Shown here: one piece after another, positions 37,286-45,505 of the stretch
How the letters are laid out: each line of letters begins with the position of its first letter
Position numbering within the stretch: the stretch's first letter is position 1
Virus record (IMG/VR): IMGVR_UViG_3300030098_005108
Span: 1-59,532 of that record
From: a virus
Lineage: Duplodnaviria > Caudoviricetes
Reading direction: 5' to 3' (one strand)
DNA: 59,532 bases
Notes under the pieces: generated by a model
Told to the model about the DNA's origin: nothing
Databases searched by the model: none
The model's input: the letters and a program-made list of their open reading frames with translations, nothing else
Translations under genes and position numbers: made by a program

Positions 37286-37513
37286 ATGTGGAGTTTATTT
37301 AAAGATAAAAATGAAATAAATGAAAAGAACGTAGTTGGATTTGCGTCTTTTGTAGTTATGGTATTATTTGCTATAGCAGATCTTACAACTAGCTTTATAT
37401 TTGTAGGTGAAGAAAGCAAACTAGTAATTAACGAAGTAATATATAATTCATTCGTGTGGGTAACACTAGGGTGTTTTGGTATTAGTTCTTTTGAAAAAGT
37501 AAAAACTAAATGA
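37286..37513 (+). CDS. Small two-TM membrane protein (holin-like)
   Basis: Two hydrophobic helices and a basic C-terminus. Confidence 0.5.
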   Translation: MWSLFKDKNEINEKNVVGFASFVVMVLFAIADLTTSFIFVGEESKLVINEVIYNSFVWVTLGCFGISSFEKVKTK

Positions 37514-40143
37514 TGAAAAAATTATTATTATTGTTGTTGCTGCCTATATTTAGTTTTGGGCAAAACTGTGTTCCTACTTTAACAGTTAAAGATACCTGTT
37601 CATATGGCTATGCTAGAACATGGATAGAATGGAACTCATTAGATAGTGGTTGTGCAATACAAACCATACACAAAGGAACGCCTTACAATACATACTCTTG
37701 GGGCTGGAACAGTTCGGATACTAACTATATGTTTATTAATAATTACAGTCCTGGTGATCCATTTGCTAGCTCAGAAGGCTTTTGGGTTGTATTTGAAATG
37801 ACTGATAGCACTTTTACTGATACAGTTTTTGCAAATCAATTTACTTGTATTGAAGGGTGTATGGATCCTACTTATGATAATTACAATCCTTTAGCTAATA
37901 TACCAGATGTTTGTTTAGCAATACCTCCACCGCAAGACGATTGTTTTGATGCCACAAAAACATCTATAACAATAGAATTAACGCCAGATCAGTATGCAAG
38001 CGAAACATCTATAGATATAATAAACCAAGATGATAGCGTCTTATTTAATGTTGAAAGGCCTTTTTTTAGCAGTATTGGTACGGGTAATTTATATACAAAT
38101 ACAATATGTGTTCCTATAGATGATACTGTTAGATTCGTTATACGTGATTCATATGGTGACGGAATATGTGGATCTTGTTTCGGAGGAGTTGATGGTAGCG
38201 TTTTAGTTACAGATGAGTGTGGAGATACTATATATAGTTTAACAGCTGGAGATAATTTAAATTTTGGTGATGCAGACACTTCAGGTGTTTTTGTAATGAA
38301 AGATTGTAGCTGGATACCTGTTTTTGGTTGTCCTAATCCAGCTTATTTAGAATTTAATCCAGCTGCTGATTCTATGAATCCAGCATTATGCGTTACACCA
38401 AGGGTTGTAGGCTGTATGGATACAACTATGTTTGATTTCAATCCTTTAGCTAACGTACCGCTTATGGAAGACAGTTGTAATTATCAATTACATTTAACAG
38501 ATGGCGGTGGTGATGGATGGAATGGTGCGTATGTTGTTGTTGTTCAGTTGGGCAATATTTTTGGTCCTTATACCAATATAAGCTCTTCTGTAGAAATAAT
38601 ATCTTTAAATTTAAAATCAAACCATCCAGTTACTATTAGAGCATACAGCCAAACAAGTTCTGATGCTACATTAGACCAAGTTGGTTTTAAATTAATAAAT
38701 CCAGAAGGAAATATTATATTATCAGGAGGTACAAATCCTTGGGGCGATATGATAAGAACATTTCCAGACAACTATATAGCAATACCAAATTGTCCTACTA
38801 TATGCGATCCTTATGTTTATGGATGCATGGATGCTTTAGCTTATAATTATAATAATACGGCAAATACTAGCGATAGTAGCTGTTATTATAATCCAGGATG
38901 TACAGACCCGCAGTATTTAGAATATTATACTCAGGGCTTTTCAGCTGACTATAATGATGGCTCTTGTATAACACAAGCTGTTTGGGGCTGCACAGACCAA
39001 CATGCCTTTAATTATGATCCTGCGGCTAATTTAGATAATAGCGGGTGTATACCCGTTATACTTGGGTGTATGAATGATTTAGCTTTTAATTACAACCCTA
39101 ATGCAAATACTCCAGATACTTGTATACCTATAATTGAGGGGTGCACATCACCCATAGCTTTAAATTATGATTCTTTAGCTAATACAGATGATGGTAGCTG
39201 CATAGGCGTGACTTACGGATGTACCGATACAACAATGTGGAATTATTCTCCTAACGCGAACGTAGATGACGGATCATGTATTCCTTACATATATGGATGT
39301 ACAGACCCTACAATGTGGAATTATAATTCTAGCGCAAATACAGACAATGGTAATTGCATAGCATTTATTTATGGGTGTATGGATACAATAGCGTTTAATT
39401 ACGATCCATTAGCAAATACAGACAACGGAACTTGTATTCCTATTATATTAGGATGTACAAATCCTATTGCCTTAAATTATTGTGATTCTTGTAATACAGA
39501 TGATTTTAGTTGTATATTACCAATCTATGGTTGTACTGATAGCACAATGTTTAATTATAATCCCTTAGCAAATGTTGACAATAATTCTTGTATTCCTTTT
39601 ATTTATGGCTGCACTGATCCTAGTATGCTTAACTACGACCCACAAGCAAACACTGAAGATTTCAGTTGCATTGCTTATATCTATGGTTGTATGGATAGTA
39701 CTGCTCTTAACTATGATTCACTGGCTAATACTGACAATGGTTCGTGTATTACTATTATTCAAGGATGTATGGATGTCAATGCGTGGAACTACAACCCAGA
39801 AGCAAATATGAATTTTGGTCATGATTCTTTAGGGTGTCTATATGCTGCTAATTGTACTGCGACAGAGCCTGGAGAGCCTTTCTTTTTAAATGATCATTGT
39901 TATGCTTGGGTTATATCTGTAGATGAATATTGTTGTGATAATGAATGGGACACAATATGTCAATTAACATATGATTATTGTGCGGGTACTTATACGGGCC
40001 CTTTATTAGCTAGAACTATAGAAAACGGTAAGCTATTAATGGTTACAGATTTACTAGGAAGAAAAACAAAAGAAGAAAAAAATAAATTACTTCTTTATAT
40101 TTATGACGATGGTAGAATAGAGAAAAAAATAAAAATAGAATAA
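37510..40143 (+). CDS. Secreted Cys-repeat protein with T9SS-like C-terminal domain
   Basis: Signal peptide SFG|Q; DSYGDG and DGGGDGWNG beta-sandwich motifs; 16 GCxD/N...NY-P-AN-DDGSC repeats; C-terminal TDLLGR...YIYDDG-IEKKI. Confidence 0.75.
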   Translation: MMKKLLLLLLLPIFSFGQNCVPTLTVKDTCSYGYARTWIEWNSLDSGCAIQTIHKGTPYNTYSWGWNSSDTNYMFINNYSPGDPFASSEGFWVVFEMTDSTFTDTVFANQFTCIEGCMDPTYDNYNPLANIPDVCLAIPPPQDDCFDATKTSITIELTPDQYASETSIDIINQDDSVLFNVERPFFSSIGTGNLYTNTICVPIDDTVRFVIRDSYGDGICGSCFGGVDGSVLVTDECGDTIYSLTAGDNLNFGDADTSGVFVMKDCSWIPVFGCPNPAYLEFNPAADSMNPALCVTPRVVGCMDTTMFDFNPLANVPLMEDSCNYQLHLTDGGGDGWNGAYVVVVQLGNIFGPYTNISSSVEIISLNLKSNHPVTIRAYSQTSSDATLDQVGFKLINPEGNIILSGGTNPWGDMIRTFPDNYIAIPNCPTICDPYVYGCMDALAYNYNNTANTSDSSCYYNPGCTDPQYLEYYTQGFSADYNDGSCITQAVWGCTDQHAFNYDPAANLDNSGCIPVILGCMNDLAFNYNPNANTPDTCIPIIEGCTSPIALNYDSLANTDDGSCIGVTYGCTDTTMWNYSPNANVDDGSCIPYIYGCTDPTMWNYNSSANTDNGNCIAFIYGCMDTIAFNYDPLANTDNGTCIPIILGCTNPIALNYCDSCNTDDFSCILPIYGCTDSTMFNYNPLANVDNNSCIPFIYGCTDPSMLNYDPQANTEDFSCIAYIYGCMDSTALNYDSLANTDNGSCITIIQGCMDVNAWNYNPEANMNFGHDSLGCLYAANCTATEPGEPFFLNDHCYAWVISVDEYCCDNEWDTICQLTYDYCAGTYTGPLLARTIENGKLLMVTDLLGRKTKEEKNKLLLYIYDDGRIEKKIKIE
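38821..39837 (+). repeat. Tandem array of 13 approximately 26-aa disulfide repeats
   Basis: GC(T/M)(D/N/S)xxAxNY(D/N)xxANxDxGSC repeated in the translation of 37510..40143. Confidence 0.85.
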
Positions 40144-40151
40144 TAAAAATT

Positions 40152-40382
40152 ATGAGTATATTAACGACTATAGACGGAGTGCCTTTATTTTCAACTTCAA
40201 CAGAAGCTTTAGCTTGGGGTGCTCAAAGAGGATTGTCTGGGTATCATACGCATTCCTATCAAGGACAAACAGGTTATATGGGAGGCTTAACGCATGGCGC
40301 TTCTAATAATACAAGTAATAATAATTCGTCAAATCCAAGGTCTTCAAGTGGAGGTAATGGTTCTGGCGGAGCATCATATTAA
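40152..40382 (+). CDS. Small His-motif protein with Ser/Gly/Asn tail
   Basis: LFST-TEA...GYHTH...YMGG-TH; resembles DUF3721-like motifs but lacks the Cys residues. Confidence 0.5.
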   Translation: MSILTTIDGVPLFSTSTEALAWGAQRGLSGYHTHSYQGQTGYMGGLTHGASNNTSNNNSSNPRSSSGGNGSGGASY

Positions 40383-40393
40383 AATTTAAAATT

Positions 40394-40780
40394 ATGTTAG
40401 GACAAATATTTTCTAGTGGAGCTTCTGATCTTATTAAAGGAGTCGGTGGAGTAATAGATAATTTACACACCTCTAAAGAAGAAAAACTTGAGGCAGAAAG
40501 AAAGATAAAAGAATTGGTTGCTAATTATCAAATAGAAATGGAGAAAAACATTACTAGTAGATGGGAGGCAGATTTAAAATCAGACTCTTGGCTTAGTAAA
40601 AATGTAAGACCATTAGTGCTAATATTTTTAATAATATGCACTATGTTATTAATATTTATAGATGCAGGAGCATTAAATTTTGAAGTTAAATCTTCTTGGG
40701 TGGACTTATTACAATTAGTATTAATAACGGTAATTGGGGCTTATTTTGGAGGAAGATCTTTAGAAAAAGTTAAAAAATAA
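40394..40780 (+). CDS. Holin (3TM / GTA-holin-like)
   Basis: TSKEEK, RWEAD--SDSWL-KNVRP, YFGGRS-EK motifs; TM helices. Confidence 0.8.
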   Translation: MLGQIFSSGASDLIKGVGGVIDNLHTSKEEKLEAERKIKELVANYQIEMEKNITSRWEADLKSDSWLSKNVRPLVLIFLIICTMLLIFIDAGALNFEVKSSWVDLLQLVLITVIGAYFGGRSLEKVKK

Positions 40781-41047
40781 ATGGAAGATATAGGAGAAAA
40801 TGCTGAAAAACTATTATATGAATCAATGGTAAACTCCTATATGATTATAACAAATAAATTATCTTTTGATGAGCTGTTGGATTACAATGGGTGCTCCTTA
40901 CCCTTTAATCCTAAAAAAAATATAAATAACAAGGTTATTGACAAAATAATTGATTATTTTTGTACATTGGAAGAATATGAAAAGTGTGGAGAGCTTAAAA
41001 AGTTAAAAGAATCAAAAAAATATAAGAAAAATTTCATAAATTTGTAA
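40781..41047 (+). CDS. Hypothetical protein with UVR-like motif
   Basis: YF---EEYEKC-EL motif. Confidence 0.55.
   Translation: MEDIGENAEKLLYESMVNSYMIITNKLSFDELLDYNGCSLPFNPKKNINNKVIDKIIDYFCTLEEYEKCGELKKLKESKKYKKNFINL
41037..41044 (+). promoter_or_regulatory. Bacteroidota -7 promoter element
   Basis: TAAATTTG upstream of the ATG at 41061. Confidence 0.55.
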
Positions 41048-41060
41048 AAAATAAAAAATA

Positions 41061-41450
41061 ATGGCAAAAAATTATACATTAAACTATAGCTTAAACATGA
41101 GTGCGGCTTCAGCGTCAGGCTATTCTCAATCACAATCAGGTTCTGCCACTTTAAATATTACAGGTGTTGATCAAATAGCAACAGGAAGAATAGATGTCGC
41201 GCATGACGGAGACTCAACAGTAATGGCTGCTCCAGGACATGGAAGATTTATATATGTAAGAAATTTAGATGACACAAATTTTGTAAAAATATACGATGGA
41301 GCATCTTCAGCTGCTGACTTAATAGGTATATTAGAGCCAGGTCATTTTTTAATGACGGTAATAAGAGGCACAGGAACTACAGTTGCAAAAGCAGACACAG
41401 CTACAGTAACTATAGAGTATGCAGCAATAGAAATAGATTCAAACGCTTAA
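41061..41450 (+). CDS. Small beta-rich virion protein
   Basis: FIYVRNLD...ILEPG; paralogue of 41467 and 4428. Confidence 0.6.
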   Translation: MAKNYTLNYSLNMSAASASGYSQSQSGSATLNITGVDQIATGRIDVAHDGDSTVMAAPGHGRFIYVRNLDDTNFVKIYDGASSAADLIGILEPGHFLMTVIRGTGTTVAKADTATVTIEYAAIEIDSNA

Positions 41451-41466
41451 AATAAAATAAAATAAT

Positions 41467-41895
41467 ATGGCAACACAATCATTATCGGTAACAGTTTCAG
41501 GATCTTTAACATTAACAGATTCAGAAGGAAATCAAGTATGTTCATTTACTCCTTCTTTTACTACAGATAGCACAACTGTAGACTCAGCGTTGATATCTAC
41601 AGGAGAAATATTAACTAACGGTACTTCAGATACTACAATAAATTTAGCAAGTCACAATAAAGACATGATATTTACATTCATTAAAAATGTAGATACAGAT
41701 TATCCAGTAGCTGTAAAGCCAGACGGTGATGTTATAGCGAATTTAAAACCAGGAGAGTGTATGTTTTCTCCAATTCATATAGATGGGGCTGGAGACGATT
41801 CTGCTAATTTAGATCTAGCAGCAACGACTGCAGCACAAAAAGTTCAATACTTAATTTGTGATGGTCCTGATACTGGAATAGCATCAGATGACTAA
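41467..41895 (+). CDS. Small beta-rich virion protein
   Basis: FIKNVD...NLKPGE; paralogue of 41061. Confidence 0.6.
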   Translation: MATQSLSVTVSGSLTLTDSEGNQVCSFTPSFTTDSTTVDSALISTGEILTNGTSDTTINLASHNKDMIFTFIKNVDTDYPVAVKPDGDVIANLKPGECMFSPIHIDGAGDDSANLDLAATTAAQKVQYLICDGPDTGIASDD

Positions 41896-41912
41896 TAATT
41901 AAAAAAATGTAA

Positions 41913-42392
41913 ATGAAACTTAAAGTATTAAGATTTAGTAGCCAGGAGGATAGTACTTCTGGCTTACTTTTTTTAGAAGGAGACCTAGGCCTAGAATTCT
42001 TATGTTATACATTAGAGGATGAGCATAGGGAAGATAAAATAATGGGAGAGACTAGAGTGCCTGCGGGTACTTATCAAATTAAATTAAGAACCGAAGGGGG
42101 ATTTCATGAAAGATACAAAAAGAAGTATGGTAGTATGCATAAAGGCATGCTACATGTCACTAATGTGCCTAATTTTAAATGGATTCTTATACATACTGGT
42201 AATACTGATGAGCATACTGCTGGATGTTTACTTGTGGGGGACTCGCAAGAAAATAACAATATCAGCAAAAATGGCTTCGTTGGCAAATCAGTTAATGCGT
42301 ACAAAAGAATATATCCAGATATTTCTAAAGCATTAATTAAAGGAGAAGAAGTGACTATTGAATATATAGATTTTGACAGTGTTCCTGAATAA
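41913..42392 (+). CDS. DUF5675-family protein (L,D-transpeptidase-like fold, putative endolysin)
   Basis: CYTLED, ETRVPAGTY, ILIH-GNT---T-GCLLVG. Confidence 0.8.
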   Translation: MKLKVLRFSSQEDSTSGLLFLEGDLGLEFLCYTLEDEHREDKIMGETRVPAGTYQIKLRTEGGFHERYKKKYGSMHKGMLHVTNVPNFKWILIHTGNTDEHTAGCLLVGDSQENNNISKNGFVGKSVNAYKRIYPDISKALIKGEEVTIEYIDFDSVPE

Positions 42393-42397
42393 TAATT

Positions 42398-43315
42398 ATG
42401 AAATGGATCGGGCAACATATATGGGATTTTGTATCTAGATTTCGTAATGATGTATATTTAGAATCTACAGAAGAAGGGAAACCTACTCTAACTATAGAAT
42501 CAACTAATACTGCTCTTGAGGCTGCTGGTGAATTAAAATTTGTTAAAAACGCGGCTGATGTTGCAGATCGTGAATTTTTAGGAACAATAGGTTTTTATGG
42601 TGACAACAGCGCTAATGAAACTATAAACTATTCGCAAATTCGTACAATAGCATTCTCAACAACTGATGGCCAAGAAGCTGGCAGGCTATATCTTAATGTA
42701 GCTCAATATGACGGAACTATGACCACTGGATTATATGTTAATGGAGATACAGATGTTGATGATAACGTAGATGTGGTAATAGCAAATGGGGTTGGGTCTA
42801 CAACTACTATTAGTGGTATTTTAAATGCTAGAGATATTATTTCAACGGCTAATTATCATACAACAACATTTGAAAACCGAATGTCAGCTGATGGCGCTTT
42901 AGCAACTGCGTATGGAAAAATTTTAAAATATTCACCAGGAGCGAGTGAAACACTTAATGGTTCGGAAATATATTTTTTACATACAGATGGCACTTGGGAT
43001 CAAGCTGATGCAGATGCTGTTGCCACTGGAGCTTCTCAATTATTAGGAGTTGGATTAGGAGGCAATTCTCAAAGTGCAGGCGTATTAACAGAAGGTTATA
43101 TCAGAATAGCTTCTACAGAAATATTAAACGTTCCTGGTTCTGGAGCTGTTGATGGATTACCTCTTTATGTCTCAACTACAGCAGGTCATTTTGATTTTAC
43201 AGCTCCGTCTGGATCTGGAGATTTTGTAAGAATTGTCGGTTATGCTATTGATGATCATGGTGGTGATGTTTTAGTTTATTTTAATCCAGATAAAACTTGG
43301 GTGGAAATATCGTAA
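42398..43315 (+). CDS. Fibre-like virion protein
   Basis: G-I-F-G...GRL beta-repeats; C-terminal DADA..LLGV..EG-I..G-PLYVSTTAG..APSGSGDFVRIVGY domain. Confidence 0.65.
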   Translation: MKWIGQHIWDFVSRFRNDVYLESTEEGKPTLTIESTNTALEAAGELKFVKNAADVADREFLGTIGFYGDNSANETINYSQIRTIAFSTTDGQEAGRLYLNVAQYDGTMTTGLYVNGDTDVDDNVDVVIANGVGSTTTISGILNARDIISTANYHTTTFENRMSADGALATAYGKILKYSPGASETLNGSEIYFLHTDGTWDQADADAVATGASQLLGVGLGGNSQSAGVLTEGYIRIASTEILNVPGSGAVDGLPLYVSTTAGHFDFTAPSGSGDFVRIVGYAIDDHGGDVLVYFNPDKTWVEIS

Positions 43316-43878
43316 TGGCATATAAAGACGAAATATTAACATTAGCATCTGACAAAATTTATTATACAGATGAATTTGAAACAAGGCTTGAAGTAATGAT
43401 GGATTGGGAGGATAGTATAATGAAAGCATCTGCAGATTATATTTGTGAAAACGGAGGGGATATATTAGAAATAGGATTTGGAATGGGAATATCAGCTGAT
43501 TATATTCAGGCTAACTCCATAACATCACATACTATAGTGGAGAATCACCCGCAAATAATAGAAAAAGCAAAAGCTTGGGCTGTTGGAAAGCCTAATGTAA
43601 CTATAATAGAGGGAGATTGGTATGAAATAAAAGATTCTTTATCTACTTATAATGGGGTTTTTTATGATACTTGGGGAGACGATAATGCAGATCGTTTTAA
43701 AAACACATTAACAACATTAGTAAAGCCTGGAGCTAAAACTAGTTGGTGGAATAATTATACTAATTCAGATGATGTATTTTTTACTGAAGGGACAATATAT
43801 GAATCTATTTCTGTTAACCCTCCTAGCAATATATATTTTAATTCTAACACATATTATTTACCTAAAAAAGAGTTTTAA
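43315..43878 (+). CDS. RMT2/guanidinoacetate N-methyltransferase-like SAM-dependent methyltransferase
   Basis: VMMDWE--IM, ILEIGFGMGISA, HTIVE-HP, G-W, GVFYDT; start moved to the TAATG overlap at 43315. Confidence 0.8.
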   Translation: MAYKDEILTLASDKIYYTDEFETRLEVMMDWEDSIMKASADYICENGGDILEIGFGMGISADYIQANSITSHTIVENHPQIIEKAKAWAVGKPNVTIIEGDWYEIKDSLSTYNGVFYDTWGDDNADRFKNTLTTLVKPGAKTSWWNNYTNSDDVFFTEGTIYESISVNPPSNIYFNSNTYYLPKKEF

Positions 43879-44606
43879 TGCCAAATTTATATGTATCAGC
43901 ACCATTAAGAGATGGATTTATTAACAGCGGTAATCAGTCAACCTGGGCCGCAGCTAGAGATCATGCTGGTAACGCTCTATCTGATAATTCTTCTGCAACT
44001 AGTAATCTTGTAGGCGCTAGAAGATTTCCCTCTAGAGGAGGAGGGAATCTTTTTCAAGTTTCACGTGCATTTTATCATTTTAATACAGCTGGTATAACTA
44101 GCATATCTAGTGCTACTATTAAAATATATGGTTATGGTAGTTCTACTAGTGGTAGCTGTATAGCTGTAAAAAGTACTGCTTTTGGAGGTGACGGAAATAG
44201 TGATTTAGTAGTTGGAGATTTTGATGCTATAGTTGGATATCAAACTGCAAGCGATTTAAGTGGATCTGTAACAGAATATTCTTCACCTATAGAATCAGGT
44301 GAGTGGGACAATACCACCTATAACGACCTTACAGGAACATCAGATTTAGTAAATGATATGAGGGCTAATGATGATGTTATAATCTGTCTAATGGATTATA
44401 ATAATGATTATAAAAATGAGGCTTCTACTGACAATTTATATATTGGGGCCTATTCCACAGAATGGGGAGGAACTTCTAAAGATCCATATATAGAATACGC
44501 ATTAGCAACAGGATATGGAAATAAAGTTTTAGGAGTAGATGATTCAAATATCGCAAAGGTATATGGAGTAGCTACAGCTGATATAGAAAAAGTAATAGGG
44601 GTTTAA
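43878..44606 (+). CDS. Virion beta-sandwich protein with C-terminal KVxGV repeats
   Basis: SRAFYHFNT...ISSATIKIYG...DPYIEY; ends KVLGV..KVYGV..KVIGV. Confidence 0.6.
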   Translation: MPNLYVSAPLRDGFINSGNQSTWAAARDHAGNALSDNSSATSNLVGARRFPSRGGGNLFQVSRAFYHFNTAGITSISSATIKIYGYGSSTSGSCIAVKSTAFGGDGNSDLVVGDFDAIVGYQTASDLSGSVTEYSSPIESGEWDNTTYNDLTGTSDLVNDMRANDDVIICLMDYNNDYKNEASTDNLYIGAYSTEWGGTSKDPYIEYALATGYGNKVLGVDDSNIAKVYGVATADIEKVIGV

Positions 44607-44620
44607 TAAAATAAAATAAT

Positions 44621-45244
44621 ATGCCGATAATTAAAGATAAATATAAAGGAAAAGGATCGCAAACTAGATCTAAATTTTTAACAAGATCAAAAGACAAGGC
44701 TATATCTGAATCTGTACCAGTAGGAATTAGTACAGAACAAAAAAGAGAATTATTAAAAGAATCTTATAGATCTGCTCCAGAAAATAAAAATCAAACAACT
44801 CTTAAAGCTACTGTTGCTACTACTACACAAGCAGGCGTTGTCAGTCAAGCATCTTCTACTGAAGAGCAAACAAAAGAAAGTAATATAAATAGTTTTAACT
44901 TTAAAGAAACTAATACTGTAAAGTCATTATTTACTTTAAACGAAGGAAACACATTAAATAATATGATTATACACAATTACAATAGTGGTGGCGCAGCATC
45001 TACAATTGGAGTTCATTGGAGCTCTGGAGATCAAACAAATATTTCTTTTACAGTATCAAGTGGCGTAATAACAGCAACAACAGGAGCTACATCTACTTGT
45101 TTGTTTTCGGGACAAATACCTTATTTAGCATCTATTGATTTAGGAAGCATTTTAAATACAGTATTTAAAAATGTAAATAAAGATATATATTTTTATGTTG
45201 TTTCGTCATTAGTTGGGCCTAGCGTAACATATAGCATTTCTTAA
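44621..45244 (+). CDS. Hypothetical protein
   Basis: 207 aa; basic disordered N-terminus and beta-rich C-terminus. Confidence 0.55.
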   Translation: MPIIKDKYKGKGSQTRSKFLTRSKDKAISESVPVGISTEQKRELLKESYRSAPENKNQTTLKATVATTTQAGVVSQASSTEEQTKESNINSFNFKETNTVKSLFTLNEGNTLNNMIIHNYNSGGAASTIGVHWSSGDQTNISFTVSSGVITATTGATSTCLFSGQIPYLASIDLGSILNTVFKNVNKDIYFYVVSSLVGPSVTYSIS

Positions 45245-45495
45245 TGCAGGGGTCTTACGGAAGATATATTGTTCCTATATGGCTTTCAAATTGGACATTT
45301 AAGGATCAAAAAAATAAAATATATAAATTAGAAAATCATATAGTAAAAGGGTATAATAAAGGCTCTATATTTACTGATAAAGTCATTGTTGACAAAGCTG
45401 TTAACAAATTAATTGGAAGACGTTCAAAGAAAAAGCTTGTTCCCGTAAATTTAACACTCATAAGTCAGCACGGTTATGGTGTTGAAGAAAACTAA
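45244..45495 (+). CDS. Hypothetical protein
   Basis: 83 aa; TAATG-coupled. Confidence 0.55.
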   Translation: MQGSYGRYIVPIWLSNWTFKDQKNKIYKLENHIVKGYNKGSIFTDKVIVDKAVNKLIGRRSKKKLVPVNLTLISQHGYGVEEN

Positions 45496-45505
45496 AAAAA
45501 GAACA

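Noticed and set aside
34298-40143. Flanking host chromosome (prophage boundary)
   Set aside because: The block is co-oriented with and embedded between phage fibre and holin genes, uses the same TAATG/ATGA coupling, and no integrase or att site was seen
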